This document shows, one piece after another, positions 38,685 through 49,075 of a DNA stretch of 64,000 nt. Under the pieces are notes generated by a model. That model was not told the DNA's origin. It was given only the letters and a program-made list of their open reading frames with translations, and did no database searches. The position numbers and the translations under genes were made by a program. Every line of letters begins with the position of its first letter. Within the stretch, counting starts at the first letter, position 1. Source of the DNA: a bacterium (lineage in GTDB: Bacteria > Bacillota > Clostridia > Oscillospirales > CAG-272); assembly GCA_004558975.1 (NCBI GenBank), contig SFZB01000002.1, forward strand, positions 2,836-66,835, given 5' to 3'.

Positions 38685-40160
38685 TCAGGACAGTTTGCCG
38701 TAGAGGTCGCGATAGAGGAGGACTGCCTCTTTGAGGCCGCCGCGGGCGGCGGCGGCGAGCATGGCTTTCGCCGCGTCGGGTTCCTTCGGGACACCGCCGC
38801 GCCCGGAGGCGAGGTAGGTGGCGTACTGCTTCATGCCGTAGAGGTCACCGCGCTTCGCGGCGGTCTCGTACCACTTCGCGGCGAGAATGTCGCCGCCGTT
38901 GGTACCTGCGTTATGATACAGGTCGGCGAGGTAGGTCATCGCGCGCACGAGCCCCTGCTCGGCGGCGCGGGTGAGCCACATAATGCCCTTTTCGAGGTCG
39001 TTCTCCACGCCGTTCATGATCTGGGAATAGTGGCGTCCGAGCGTGAACTGCGCCGGGGCATAGCCCTGTTCCGCGGCGGCGGCATACCATTTCGCCGCCT
39101 CCGGCTTATCGGGGCGGATCCCGTTCCCGTCAAAATAGCACACGCCGAGGTGGAACTGCGCCGGGGCGAAGCCCGCCTCTGCGGCGCGGCGGTAGCAACC
39201 GACGGCACGCACGGCGTCCAACTGGACGCCGACCGCGAAACTGAAGCATTGACCGAGGGCGTTCGCCGCCGGGGCAAAGCCGAGTTCGGAGGCACGGTAG
39301 TAGAGTTCCACCGCGCGGTGGTCGTCTTTCTCCACGCCGAGCCCGTCGACGAGCAGATTGCCGAGCAACAGCATCGCGTCCGGCTCCTCGCGTCCGACCT
39401 CTACCTGCAGTCCCTCCAACACCTCGGAAAGCGCGGCAAGTCCGGCTTCACGATCCTGCGGGATTCCCGCAATCTCGTCACCGATGCAGGAGAGATACGC
39501 CAGTCTCGCGCGGCAGAGAACGTCGCCCGCGTCCGCCGCCGCGAGGAGTTTCGCGACCGCCTCCCGACGGTCGAAAGGCGCGCCCATGCCATGGTAGTAG
39601 GCGAGCGCGTCCGCGCGCAACGCCGCAACGTCCGGCGCCGCCTGTGCGGCAGTTGCCGCCGCGTCAGAGGGGGCGTCTGTCATCGCGGCGGCACCTGTAG
39701 GCGCCGCGCCCGTGAGCGTCTCCGTCGTCCCGGTGGAGCCGAATCCGCCGGCACCGCGCTGGGTATCGGAGAGTTCATCTGTCTCGCAGAATTCGACATG
39801 GAGGAACGGCGCCACGACCAGTTGGGCGATACGCTCACCCACGTCAACGGTCGCCGGGGCTGTGCCGTGGTTATGGAGCGCGACCATGACCTCGCCGCGG
39901 TAGTCGGGGTCGATAACGCCGACTTTGTTCGCCGGGGCGAGCCCGCGCTTACAGGAAAGCCCGCTCCGCGGGTAGACCAGTCCTGCGTATCCCTCCGGCA
40001 GTTCCAGAGAAAGCCCGGTGTGTACGAACACCGTCTCTCCCGGGGCAATCGTCAGCGGCGCGTCCAAAAGCGCATAAAGGTCGGCGCCCGCGGCACCCGG
40101 GGTGCCGTAAGTGGGCAGGACAGCGTGCGGATCCAGTTTCTTGATATTTACCTGTACCAT
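38685..40160 (-). CDS. dut: dUTP diphosphatase fused to a C-terminal array of Sel1-like (SLR/TPR-family) repeats
   Basis: The first ~145 aa (N-terminal) carry the trimeric Dut motifs (AGADLY, PRSGL, GVIDPDYRGEV, RGAGGFGSTG). An Ala-rich linker follows. Then repeated A..G...A...LG.CY..G.G...D...A..WY units (e.g. AAEAGFAPAQFHLGVCYFDGNGI). Confidence 0.85.
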   Translation of the reverse strand: MVQVNIKKLDPHAVLPTYGTPGAAGADLYALLDAPLTIAPGETVFVHTGLSLELPEGYAGLVYPRSGLSCKRGLAPANKVGVIDPDYRGEVMVALHNHGTAPATVDVGERIAQLVVAPFLHVEFCETDELSDTQRGAGGFGSTGTTETLTGAAPTGAAAMTDAPSDAAATAAQAAPDVAALRADALAYYHGMGAPFDRREAVAKLLAAADAGDVLCRARLAYLSCIGDEIAGIPQDREAGLAALSEVLEGLQVEVGREEPDAMLLLGNLLVDGLGVEKDDHRAVELYYRASELGFAPAANALGQCFSFAVGVQLDAVRAVGCYRRAAEAGFAPAQFHLGVCYFDGNGIRPDKPEAAKWYAAAAEQGYAPAQFTLGRHYSQIMNGVENDLEKGIMWLTRAAEQGLVRAMTYLADLYHNAGTNGGDILAAKWYETAAKRGDLYGMKQYATYLASGRGGVPKEPDAAKAMLAAAARGGLKEAVLLYRDLYGKLS

Positions 40161-40196
40161 GTTGTGCTCCTCGTTTTGATTCGTCCTTGGGAGGGC

Positions 40197-43037
40197 TCAC
40201 GCGAGCCCGAGTTTCTGCCGTAAATACTGCCCGGTGAAGGAGGCGGGCACCTCCGCGACTTCCTCCGGTGTGCCGCATGCCACCAGCGTGCCGCCGCCGT
40301 CGCCCCCCTCAGGGCCAAGGTCAATGAGATAGTCCGCCGTCTTGATGAGGTCGAGATTGTGCTCGATGACGATCACCGTATTGCCGCTGTCCACCAGGCG
40401 GTTCAGGATATCGATGAGGTGCGCGACGTCCGCCGTGTGCAGACCCGTCGTCGGCTCGTCGAGAATATACACCGTTTTGCCGGTGGGGCGGCGGGACAGT
40501 TCCGTCGCCAGTTTGACGCGCTGTGCTTCGCCGCCGGAGAGCGTAGTGGAGGACTGTCCCAGTTTGACGTAGCCGAGACCCACGTCAAAGAGCGTCTGCA
40601 CCTTGCGCTTGATCTGCGGGATCCCGTCAAAGAAGGTCAGCGCCTCCTCGACGGTCATTTCCAACACCTCGTAGATGTTCTTGCCCTTGTAATGCACGTC
40701 GAGGGTATCGCGGTTATAGCGCATGCCGTTACAGACGTCGCACTTGACGTACACGTCGGGGAGGAAGTGCATTTCGATACACTTCACGCCGTCGCCCTGG
40801 CACGCTTCGCATCGTCCGCCGCGGATATTGAAGGAGAATCTCCCCGCGCCGTAGGCACGCGCTTTCGCGTCCGGGGTCTTGGCGAACAGCTCGCGGATGT
40901 CGTTGAACAGCCCGGTGTAGGTCGCCGGATTCGAGCGCGGGGTGCGTCCGATCGGGCTCTGGTCGATATGAATGACTTTATCGAGGTACTCGAGCCCCTC
41001 CACGCCGTCGCACTTGCCGGGGTAGGTGATCGCGCCGTTGAGGTCGCGGGCGAGCGTGCGTTCCAGACAGGTATTGATGAGCGAGGATTTCCCCGACCCG
41101 GAGACGCCCGTCACGCAGACGAGCCGCCCGAGCGGGATCTCGACCGAAAGGTTCTTGAGGTTGTTCTCCCGTGCGCCGCGAATCCACAGCGATTTGCCGT
41201 TCCCCGGGCGGCGGGTCTTCGGAACTGCGATACTTTTGCGCCCCGAGAGGTAGTCGCCCGTGAGCGACTTCCTGCAGGCGGCGACCTCTTTCGGCGTCCC
41301 CGCAACGACGACCTCGCCGCCGTGAATCCCGGCGCCGGGTCCGATATCGACGATATAGTCCGCCGCCATCATGGTTTCTTCGTCATGTTCGACGACGATG
41401 ACGGTGTTCCCGAGGTCGCGCAGACTGCACAGCGTGCGGATCAGCTTTCCGTTATCGCGCTGGTGCAGACCGATGCTCGGTTCGTCGAGGATATACAGCA
41501 CGCCGACAAGCGCCGAGCCGATCTGCGTCGCGAGGCGGATGCGCTGTGCTTCGCCGCCCGAGAGCGTCCCCGCCTTACGCGACAGGGTCAGGTAGTCGAG
41601 CCCGACCGAGGATAGGAACTTCAGGCGCTTGCGAATCTCGACGATGATGTCGTGCGCAATCTTCTCGCGCGAGTCGTCGAAATGCAGATTGTCGAAAAAG
41701 GGCACGAGTTCCCCGACCGACAGGCGGCAGAGGCGGTCGATATTCAGCCCGCCGACCGTGACGGCGAGGACGGTATCGTTCAGCCGCGCGCCGTGACAGA
41801 CGGGGCAGGGCGCGTCCTCGATGAACTGCTGATAGTAGTCGCCGAAGGCGCCCGCCTGCGCCATACGGCGTTCGATCATGGGGATAATGCCCTCAAAGCG
41901 AGTGACCGAGTGCTTCGGCGTGTTCCCGAAATAGCGGATACATTCATACGTTTCGTCGCCGGTACCGTAAAGGAGCGCCTGCCGTTGTTCCTGCGTCAGG
42001 TCGCGGATCGGCGTATCGATCGAGAACCCGTGCCGCGCGCCGACCTCGATAACGAGCGGCCCCGTGTAGGAGTGTTCGTCCATGGTCTTGAACCCGTTCG
42101 CGGCGAGACCTCCCTGTCTTAGCGACAGTTCCGGGTGGGGAATGAGTTTCTCTTCCGAAATCACCTGCATCTCGCCGAGCCCCGCACAGCGCGGGCAGGC
42201 GCAGAGCGGGTTGTTGAACGAGAACATGGCGGGTTCCAGCGCGCCGAAGGAAATCTGATGCTCTTCACACGCGTATTTCTGCGAGAACTCGAGTTCTTCC
42301 GTCACCTCGCCCTCCCGCGAGAGCAGGGCGATATGCACGCGCCCGTCCGCGAGGGACAGCGCGTTCTCCACCGATTCTCCGAGGCGGGGGCGCAGGTCGG
42401 GACGGAGAATCAGACGGTCGATGACGATGTCAATGGAGTGCTTTTTGTTCTTGTCGAGCGTGATCTCTTCGGAGAGGTCGTAGAGGCTCCCGTCCACGCG
42501 TGCGCGGACGTAACCCGCGCGCTTGGCGTCGGCAAAAACCTTTTCGTGCATACCCTTTTGTGCGCGCACCACGGGGGCGAGTACCATGAAGCGGCTGCCC
42601 TCCGGGAGCGCGAGAATGCGGTCGAGGATCTGGTCGAGCGTCTGCTGGGTGATCTCCCGCCCGCAGACCGGGCAGTGGGGCGTCCCGACGCGCGCGTAGA
42701 GCAGACGCAGATAGTCGTAGATTTCCGTGACCGTCCCGACTGTGGAGCGCGGGTTCTTGGAGGTCGTTTTCTGCTCAATGGAAATCGCTGGAGAAAGCCC
42801 CTCGATGAGATCCACGTCCGGCTTGTCCATCTGTCCGAGGAACTGGCGGGCGTAGGACGAGAGCGACTCGACGAAGCGGCGATGCCCCTCGGCGTAGATT
42901 GTCTCGAATGCGAGCGTCGATTTCCCGGAGCCCGAAAGTCCCGTGAATACGACCAGTTTGTCGCGCGGGATATCGAGATTGATATTTTTCAGGTTGTTGG
43001 TGCGCGCGCCGCGCACGATCAGAAGATTTTTTGACAT
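40197..43037 (-). CDS. uvrA: Excinuclease ABC subunit A
   Basis: 946 aa with two ABC modules ([18 protein letters not shown]), zinc fingers CPVCGREI and CEACQGDG. Confidence 0.98.
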   Translation of the reverse strand: MSKNLLIVRGARTNNLKNINLDIPRDKLVVFTGLSGSGKSTLAFETIYAEGHRRFVESLSSYARQFLGQMDKPDVDLIEGLSPAISIEQKTTSKNPRSTVGTVTEIYDYLRLLYARVGTPHCPVCGREITQQTLDQILDRILALPEGSRFMVLAPVVRAQKGMHEKVFADAKRAGYVRARVDGSLYDLSEEITLDKNKKHSIDIVIDRLILRPDLRPRLGESVENALSLADGRVHIALLSREGEVTEELEFSQKYACEEHQISFGALEPAMFSFNNPLCACPRCAGLGEMQVISEEKLIPHPELSLRQGGLAANGFKTMDEHSYTGPLVIEVGARHGFSIDTPIRDLTQEQRQALLYGTGDETYECIRYFGNTPKHSVTRFEGIIPMIERRMAQAGAFGDYYQQFIEDAPCPVCHGARLNDTVLAVTVGGLNIDRLCRLSVGELVPFFDNLHFDDSREKIAHDIIVEIRKRLKFLSSVGLDYLTLSRKAGTLSGGEAQRIRLATQIGSALVGVLYILDEPSIGLHQRDNGKLIRTLCSLRDLGNTVIVVEHDEETMMAADYIVDIGPGAGIHGGEVVVAGTPKEVAACRKSLTGDYLSGRKSIAVPKTRRPGNGKSLWIRGARENNLKNLSVEIPLGRLVCVTGVSGSGKSSLINTCLERTLARDLNGAITYPGKCDGVEGLEYLDKVIHIDQSPIGRTPRSNPATYTGLFNDIRELFAKTPDAKARAYGAGRFSFNIRGGRCEACQGDGVKCIEMHFLPDVYVKCDVCNGMRYNRDTLDVHYKGKNIYEVLEMTVEEALTFFDGIPQIKRKVQTLFDVGLGYVKLGQSSTTLSGGEAQRVKLATELSRRPTGKTVYILDEPTTGLHTADVAHLIDILNRLVDSGNTVIVIEHNLDLIKTADYLIDLGPEGGDGGGTLVACGTPEEVAEVPASFTGQYLRQKLGLA

Positions 43038-43039
43038 AC

Positions 43040-45028
43040 TTATTTTGCGTCCCGTATGGTTTTGATCTGGTCACGCAGGTACGCCGCGCGCTCGAAGTCG
43101 AGCCGCTTTGCCGCGTCCTGCATTTCTTTGGTGAGCCGCCGCACGAGTGCCTCGCGCTCGGTCGCCGAGAGTTTCTTCTTGCGCTTGCCGCTCTCGAGCA
43201 GCGCTTCGTCTGCTTCGGCGTGCTTCTTGCCGATTTCGATGACGTCGCGCACCGCCTTGGAGACGGATTTCGGTGTGATGCCGTGCGCCTCGTTGTACGC
43301 CTGCTGGATCCCGCGGCGGCGGTTGGTCTCGTCGATGGCGGCGCGCATCGAGCGCGTGACCGTATCGGCGTACATGATGACGCGCCCGTTGACATTCCGC
43401 GCCGCGCGCCCGATGGTCTGAATCAGCGATGTCTCGGTACGGAGGAACCCCTCCTTGTCCGCGTCGAGAATGGCGACGAGCGAGACCTCGGGGATGTCCA
43501 GCCCCTCGCGGAGCAGGTTGATCCCGACGAGGACGTCGAAGCGGTCGAGCCGCAGGTCGCGGATGATCTCCATGCGTTCAATGGTCTCGACGTTGTGGTG
43601 GATATACTTGACCTTGATGCCCTGCGTCGCGAGGTAGTCGGTCAAATCCTCCGCCATCTTGGTCGTCAGCGTGGTGACAAGCACTTTTTCGCCCCGGGCG
43701 GTCACTTCCCGGATCTCGCCGATGAGGTCATCGACCTGTCCCGCGATCGGGCGGACGAAGATCTCGGGGTCGACAAGCCCGGTCGGGCGGATGATCTGCT
43801 CGACGGTGCGTTCGCTGTGTTCTTTTTCGTAGGCGGCGGGCGTCGCGGAGACGAACACCGTCTGTCCGAGTTTTTTCTCGAACTCTTCAAAGTAGAGCGG
43901 GCGGTTGTCATACGCGGAGGGCAGGCGGAACCCGTAGTCGACGAGGTTCTTCTTCCGGGCGGTATCGCCGCCGGACATGCCGCGCACCTGCGGGATCATA
44001 ACGTGCGACTCGTCGATGAAGGTCAGAAAGTCGCGCGGGAAGTAGTCGAGCAGGGTATAGGGGGTGGAGCCGGCAGTGCGCCCCGAGAGGACGCGCGAAT
44101 AGTTCTCGACGCCGGAGCAGAAGCCCACCTCCCGGAGCATCTCGAGGTCGTATTTGGTGCGCTCTTCAATGCGCTGGGCTTCGAGGAGCATATTCTTGCT
44201 CTTGAAGTAGGCGACACGCTCGTGCATCTCGCGCTCGATCTCTTCGAGTGCCCCCTCGCGTTTCTCCTCCGAGACGGCGTAGTGCGTCGCCGGGAAGATC
44301 GCAGAGAAGGAGAGCACCTGGAGGAGCTCCCCTGTGACGGTGTTCACCTCGGTCAGTCGGTCGATCTCGTCTCCGAAAAATTCGACGCGGATCGCGCGGT
44401 CGGTCGAAGCGGCGGGGAAGATCTCCACCGTGTCGCCGCGCACGCGGAATTTCCCGCGGCGGAAGTCGATGTCGTTACGCTCATATCCGATGGCGACGAG
44501 ACGCCGCACCAGCCGCTCCCGCGTGAGGGTCATGCCGGGGCGCAGGGAAATGAGCAGATCCTGATACTCGGTCGGGTCGCCGAGCGAATAGATGCAGGAG
44601 ACGGAGGCGACAATGATGACGTCCCGCCGCTCAAAGAGCGCGGAGGTCGCGCTGTGACGCAGCTTGTCGATCTCGTCGTTGATCATCGCGTCCTTCTCAA
44701 TGTACATATCCTTGCCCGGAATGTACGCCTCGGGCTGATAATAGTCGTAGTAGGACACGAAGTAGTCGACCGAGTTCTCGGGGAAGAAGGCGCGGAGCTC
44801 GGAGCAGATCTGCGCGGCAAGCGTCTTGTTCGGCTCGAGAATCAGCGCAGGGCGACCGCAGGCGGCGATGACGTTCGCCATCGTGAAGGTCTTGCCCGAC
44901 CCGGTGACGCCGAGCAGGGTCTGGAACGGGAGCCCCTGTTTAATACCGTCGACCAGTCCCGCGATCGCTTCCGGCTGATCGCCGGTCGGCGCGAACGGAC
45001 TGACCAGATGAAACGCGGCTTCTTTCAT
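43040..45028 (-). CDS. uvrB: Excinuclease ABC subunit B
   Basis: [12 protein letters not shown] helicase motif I and a C-terminal UVR domain ([13 protein letters not shown]). Start re-picked at ATG 45028 (SD aaaggag). Confidence 0.98.
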   Translation of the reverse strand: MKEAAFHLVSPFAPTGDQPEAIAGLVDGIKQGLPFQTLLGVTGSGKTFTMANVIAACGRPALILEPNKTLAAQICSELRAFFPENSVDYFVSYYDYYQPEAYIPGKDMYIEKDAMINDEIDKLRHSATSALFERRDVIIVASVSCIYSLGDPTEYQDLLISLRPGMTLTRERLVRRLVAIGYERNDIDFRRGKFRVRGDTVEIFPAASTDRAIRVEFFGDEIDRLTEVNTVTGELLQVLSFSAIFPATHYAVSEEKREGALEEIEREMHERVAYFKSKNMLLEAQRIEERTKYDLEMLREVGFCSGVENYSRVLSGRTAGSTPYTLLDYFPRDFLTFIDESHVMIPQVRGMSGGDTARKKNLVDYGFRLPSAYDNRPLYFEEFEKKLGQTVFVSATPAAYEKEHSERTVEQIIRPTGLVDPEIFVRPIAGQVDDLIGEIREVTARGEKVLVTTLTTKMAEDLTDYLATQGIKVKYIHHNVETIERMEIIRDLRLDRFDVLVGINLLREGLDIPEVSLVAILDADKEGFLRTETSLIQTIGRAARNVNGRVIMYADTVTRSMRAAIDETNRRRGIQQAYNEAHGITPKSVSKAVRDVIEIGKKHAEADEALLESGKRKKKLSATEREALVRRLTKEMQDAAKRLDFERAAYLRDQIKTIRDAK

Positions 45029-45346
45029 AGCGGCTCCTTTCCCCCGCGGGCGTGCCCGCGAACATTTGACAATCGATAGATAATATACAATAGTATAACA
45101 CAAAAAATATGAAATGAAAAGTGGCGGGGGAAAAGTATTCGCGCGTTTTTCATGCGCCGCCCATATCGGAGTCCAAGGCGCGGCGCGCGCATCGCGGCTT
45201 TTTCGGTCGGACGGGGAGATGCCCGGTTCTCTCGGCACCGCGCCGACGAAAAACGACAAAAAACGGGCTGTGATTTTTTACGCGGACTGTATAAAATCGC
45301 CCGGAGGGGAAAAAATAGGCTTACATTACCGAAAGGAACTTGAGAA

Positions 45347-46027
45347 ATGGAAAACAAAAACCAGCAGCAAAGCAAGAAAAATCGCTCGAAAGCCAACCGT
45401 TACCTCTACATCGCGGCGGCGGCGGTCCTGTGCCTCGGCGCGATCCTGACCGGCGTACTCCTCTCCGTGCGGAACCGTGAGACGCCGGTCAACCCCGACA
45501 ATGTCCCTGCCGTGACGACGCCGGACGACGATCCGAAGGAACCCGATATCGACGTCACCAAGATCCTGCCCGAGTTCGTCGCGCCTGCGGTCGGTCTCGT
45601 CACCCAGTCGCATGACCTCGACGTGCTCGTGTTCTCCAAGACGGAGAATCTGTGGCGCGTACACCGCGGCATCGACATCTCCTGCAAGGCGGGTGCGGCG
45701 GTCATGGCGGCGGCAGACGGGAAGGTCTCCGAGATCCTCGACGATCCCTTCTTCGGCAAGACGGTCAAGATCACCCATAACGGCGAGGGCGTGACCATCT
45801 ACTCCAACCTCGCGGCGGAACTCGCCGAAGGACTGGAGGTCGGCAAAGAAGTCAAGTGCGGACAGGTCATCGGCTGTGTCGGTGAGACGGCGTCCCGCGA
45901 GATCGCGGAAGAGCCGCATCTGCACTTCGAGATGACGGTCGCCGGGAAGAGCGTCGACCCCATGACCTATATCAGCGCGGAATCCCGCGCGGCAAGCCTT
46001 ACGAAGGACACGGCTTACGAGGGCTGA
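45347..46027 (+). CDS. M23-family metallopeptidase (membrane-anchored)
   Basis: N-terminal TM anchor, HRGIDIS and HLHFEM zinc-ligand motifs. Confidence 0.85.
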   Translation: MENKNQQQSKKNRSKANRYLYIAAAAVLCLGAILTGVLLSVRNRETPVNPDNVPAVTTPDDDPKEPDIDVTKILPEFVAPAVGLVTQSHDLDVLVFSKTENLWRVHRGIDISCKAGAAVMAAADGKVSEILDDPFFGKTVKITHNGEGVTIYSNLAAELAEGLEVGKEVKCGQVIGCVGETASREIAEEPHLHFEMTVAGKSVDPMTYISAESRAASLTKDTAYEG

Positions 46028-46051
46028 TACGGGAACGGTTTTCCCACCTGT

Positions 46052-46086
46052 GGCGCGGTGACGGCTCGTCACCGCGCCCTTTCTCC
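46052..46086 (+). terminator. Terminator after the M23 peptidase gene
   Basis: ggcgcggtgac / gtcaccgcgcc 11-bp stem, then ctttctcc (weak U tract). Confidence 0.55.
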
Positions 46087-46231
46087 GTCGTGAAGGTTCT
46101 CCTCCGTCACCGTGATCTTTCACCGGCGTTCGCCCTCCACCCGATGCTGCCGCCGTCAGGTCGCGGGCGGTATCGGCGGTGTCACGGGACGCCGGACATC
46201 CGCATCGGGCGCCGACGGCGCCCGGACGGGC

Positions 46232-46260
46232 TTGCTTTTTGGGACGGGATATGCTAAAAT
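46232..46260 (+). promoter_or_regulatory. Promoter of hom
   Basis: TTGCTT, 17 nt, TAAAAT. Confidence 0.5.
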
Positions 46261-46325
46261 GACATAAAATTGCCATTCGGTACGAAATAAAACCAAAAAC
46301 GCCCCACCGGGGCGGGGAGTCCCAT

Positions 46326-47537
46326 ATGAAACAGATTGCTATTTTAGGGCTCGGTGTCGTCGGGCGGGGGACCGCCGACCTGTTCGCCGAGAACGCCGCG
46401 GGCATCGCGAAACGGATCGGGGAGGACGTGCGCGTCAAATACGCGCTTGACATCCGGGAGATGCCGGATTCTCCTTACGCTTCACTGATCGTCCACTCCA
46501 TCGACGTCATTCTCGGCGATCCGGAGGTGACGGTCGTCGCGGAGGTCATGGGCGGACTGCACCCCGCGTATGAGTACACGAAGGCTTGTCTCACAGCCGG
46601 GAAGAGCGTCGTGAGTTCCAACAAGGAGCTGGTCGCGACCTACGGCGCGGAGCTGCTCGCGCTCGCGGCGGAGCGGGGCGTGTATTACCTTTTTGAAGCG
46701 TCGACCGGCGGGGCAATCCCCGTCATCTCGCCGCTCGTGACCGACCTCGCGGCGAACGAAGTGACCGGCATCGCCGGAATCTTAAACGGCACGACCAACT
46801 ATATTCTCACGCGGATGTTCCGCGCCGGGGCGACCTTCGAGGGGGCGCTCACCGAGGCACAGCAGAAGGGGTACGCCGAGCGAAATCCCGCGGCGGATAT
46901 TGAGGGGATCGACGCCTGCCGGAAGATCTGTATTCTCGCCGCCGGGGCGACCGGGATCCTGCCGGACGCCGCCCGCGTGCATACCGAGGGAATCACCGCC
47001 ATCCGTCAGCGCGACGTGCAGACGGCGGAGGCGAACGGCTATACCGTCAAACTGCTCGGGCGTCTCGATATCCGCCCGTGGGGCACGTTCGTCCTTGTGG
47101 CGCCCTTCCTCGTGCCCGTGACCTCGCCGCTCAGCGGCGTGGAGGACGTGTTCAACGCCGTCCTCGTGCGGTGCAACTATGCGGGGGATATCATGTTCTA
47201 CGGTCGCGGCGCGGGGTCGCACCCGACCGCCTCCGCCGTCGCGGCGGATATTCTGTCCGTTTTGCGCGGTGACGCCAAACGGCAGACGTGGACCGTGGGC
47301 GGCGCCGATTACCCGACCGACTTCCGCCTGTTCCGCGCGCGCCACTATCTCGCGCTCACCGGGATCGACCGCAACGCCGCGCGCGTGGTGTGGTCGGACG
47401 CCGAAATCCTCGAGGCGGCAGGGGACGAGCTGACGCTCCTGACGCCGGAGATTTCCGAGCAGGAACTCACGGACGATATTGCGCGGCTGACTCCGCTCGG
47501 GGCGCACGTGCAGGCGCATCTGCGCGTCTGCGACTGA
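46326..47537 (+). CDS. hom: Homoserine dehydrogenase
   Basis: ILGLGVVGRG Rossmann motif, NKELVA, GILNGTTNYIL, and a C-terminal ACT-like region. Confidence 0.93.
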   Translation: MKQIAILGLGVVGRGTADLFAENAAGIAKRIGEDVRVKYALDIREMPDSPYASLIVHSIDVILGDPEVTVVAEVMGGLHPAYEYTKACLTAGKSVVSSNKELVATYGAELLALAAERGVYYLFEASTGGAIPVISPLVTDLAANEVTGIAGILNGTTNYILTRMFRAGATFEGALTEAQQKGYAERNPAADIEGIDACRKICILAAGATGILPDAARVHTEGITAIRQRDVQTAEANGYTVKLLGRLDIRPWGTFVLVAPFLVPVTSPLSGVEDVFNAVLVRCNYAGDIMFYGRGAGSHPTASAVAADILSVLRGDAKRQTWTVGGADYPTDFRLFRARHYLALTGIDRNAARVVWSDAEILEAAGDELTLLTPEISEQELTDDIARLTPLGAHVQAHLRVCD

Positions 47538-48834
47538 CAAGCAAGCCTTCTTCTGCAGACAGAGTGACCACTCTGTCTGCTTTTTTGATAAGTGCGGCAA
47601 GGTTGATGAGCGTCATGACAGCGAGCAGAATGTCGATCGCGCGGAACACGCTCTTCGGTGCCGAGACGCACCCGACGATGAGCCCGCCGCAGTACAGCAC
47701 CAGATAGGCGACACGCACAGGGGCAGAGCGTGTCAGAGTGTCGAGGCAGGACAGCCCGTAGAATGCCCAGGACAGCACCGTCGCGAAGGCAAAGCCCGTG
47801 ACGGCGACGGTCACGAGCGGCATTGCCGCCCTGCCGAAAACCGTCCCCACCGCGTCGGCAACATAGGAAAAGGGGGCGTCGGGCGACCCCCGGACGCCGG
47901 AGGTAAGGCACGCGAGCGCCGTCAGCGTACAGACCACGGCCGTGTCGAGAAAGACCTCGAAAACACCGCAGAGCCCTTGCCCCGCGGGGGTAGACCCTTC
48001 TGCCGTGATATGCGCGAGGGGCGCGGTGCCGCATCCCGCCTCGTTCGAGAGCAGACCCCGCGCACAGCCGACCCGGAGCGCCTCGGACGTGAAGAAACCG
48101 AGGAATCCCCCCGCGCCCGCCGCCGGTGTGAGGGAGCCGTGCAGAATGGCAAGGCATGCCCCCCCGAGGGCGCCGCGATGCACGATGAGGACGGCAAGAC
48201 AGAGAAAGAGGTAGAGGACGGTCGCGAGCGGCACCAAGAGGGCACACACCCGCCCGAGGAGCGGGCGGCAGAAGAGGAGCAGGGCAAGGGCGGCGATGCT
48301 CAGCGCGACGCCCGGTATTCCTGGCTCCGCGCCGAATGTCACATGGACGGCTTCGCCGACGGCGTTCCCTTGCAGGATGCTGCCCTGAAACACGGAGCAG
48401 ACAATGCAGAGCAGGGAAAACAGGAGTGAGAGAAACCCGTGCCGCCGACCGCCGGGACGCATATAGTAGGGAGCGCCGCCCCGGAAAGTGCCGTCGGCTC
48501 TGCGCTCGCGCGTGTCCATGGCGAGGACGACCTCGGCGTACTTGACTGCCATGGCGAAAAAGGCGGCGACCAGCATCCAGAAGACCGCTCCCGCCCCGCC
48601 GACGAGGAGCGCGAGGGCGACGCCCGTAATGTTCCCGACCCCCATCGTGCCGCCGAGAGCGAGGCACACGGCGGTGAACGCCTGCCGCGGCTGTTTTCCC
48701 CCGTACATTTTACGGAGCGCGCGGCGCGGGTGCAGACAGAAAAAGAAACGCAGTCGGATGAGAAAATACCCGCCGACGGCGAAGAGCGCCGCCGGTACGG
48801 CGGGCGCGAGAAAACGGGTGTACAGTGCGTCCAT
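47467..48834 (-). CDS. agcS: Alanine/glycine:cation (Na+) symporter, AGCS family
   Basis: GGTMGVGNITGVALAL, and SNEAGCGTAPLAH-like motifs. Start at ATG 48834 (MDALYTRFL...). Confidence 0.9.
   Translation of the reverse strand: MDALYTRFLAPAVPAALFAVGGYFLIRLRFFFCLHPRRALRKMYGGKQPRQAFTAVCLALGGTMGVGNITGVALALLVGGAGAVFWMLVAAFFAMAVKYAEVVLAMDTRERRADGTFRGGAPYYMRPGGRRHGFLSLLFSLLCIVCSVFQGSILQGNAVGEAVHVTFGAEPGIPGVALSIAALALLLFCRPLLGRVCALLVPLATVLYLFLCLAVLIVHRGALGGACLAILHGSLTPAAGAGGFLGFFTSEALRVGCARGLLSNEAGCGTAPLAHITAEGSTPAGQGLCGVFEVFLDTAVVCTLTALACLTSGVRGSPDAPFSYVADAVGTVFGRAAMPLVTVAVTGFAFATVLSWAFYGLSCLDTLTRSAPVRVAYLVLYCGGLIVGCVSAPKSVFRAIDILLAVMTLINLAALIKKADRVVTLSAEEGLLVSRRRADAPARAPRAESAAQYRP
47555..47586 (+). 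terminator. Rho-independent terminator of hom
   Basis: gcagacagagt / actctgtctgc 11-bp stem, then TTTTTT. It lies inside the 3' end of the convergent agcS ORF. Confidence 0.8.
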
Positions 48835-48841
48835 GACAAAA

Positions 48842-48871
48842 CCCCCTCTTACCCAAAGGTATGAGAGGGGG
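48842..48871 (-). promoter_or_regulatory. Hairpin that pairs the agcS Shine-Dalgarno (terminator-like)
   Basis: mRNA sense reads CCCCCUCU-14 nt-AGAGGGGG-UUUUGUC-AUG. Confidence 0.4.
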
Positions 48872-49075
48872 CTTTTTTCTATGAAGAGGACGGGCGCCCG
48901 CATGGCGGACGCCCGTGTTTTGCGACGCTTTCGGCGGCGTCGTTTTTGTTTGTGTCGGTTTTGCCGACATCGTTTGGTTCTGCACGGTCGTCCGCGTCAC
49001 AGCGCCATTCCGCGACGCTTGTTAGCGGTGCGATTCCGCGGCGCGGTGCCGTGCGGACTGCCCGTGCCTGGCGGT

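Noticed and set aside
45059-45075. A LexA/SOS box upstream of uvrB (cgaacatttgacaatcg).
   Set aside because: Only one half-site (CGAAC) fits the Firmicute CGAAC-n4-GTTCG consensus, and the other half reads GACAA. The TTGACA here may simply be a -35 of the divergent promoter region.
45029-45259. N-terminal extensions offered by the ORF track for uvrB (to 45259), typA (to 51784), rex (to 26838), uppP, thiT, thiN, murD, rlmH, the second ABC gene and the second kinase.
   Set aside because: The conserved N-termini begin at internal ATG or GTG codons that have good SD spacing. The extensions run through promoters, terminators or the TPP riboswitch.
48872-49075. A glycine riboswitch in the agcS leader.
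   Set aside because: The conserved CUCUGGAGAG and ACCGAAGGGGCAA-type cores are absent on the minus strand.
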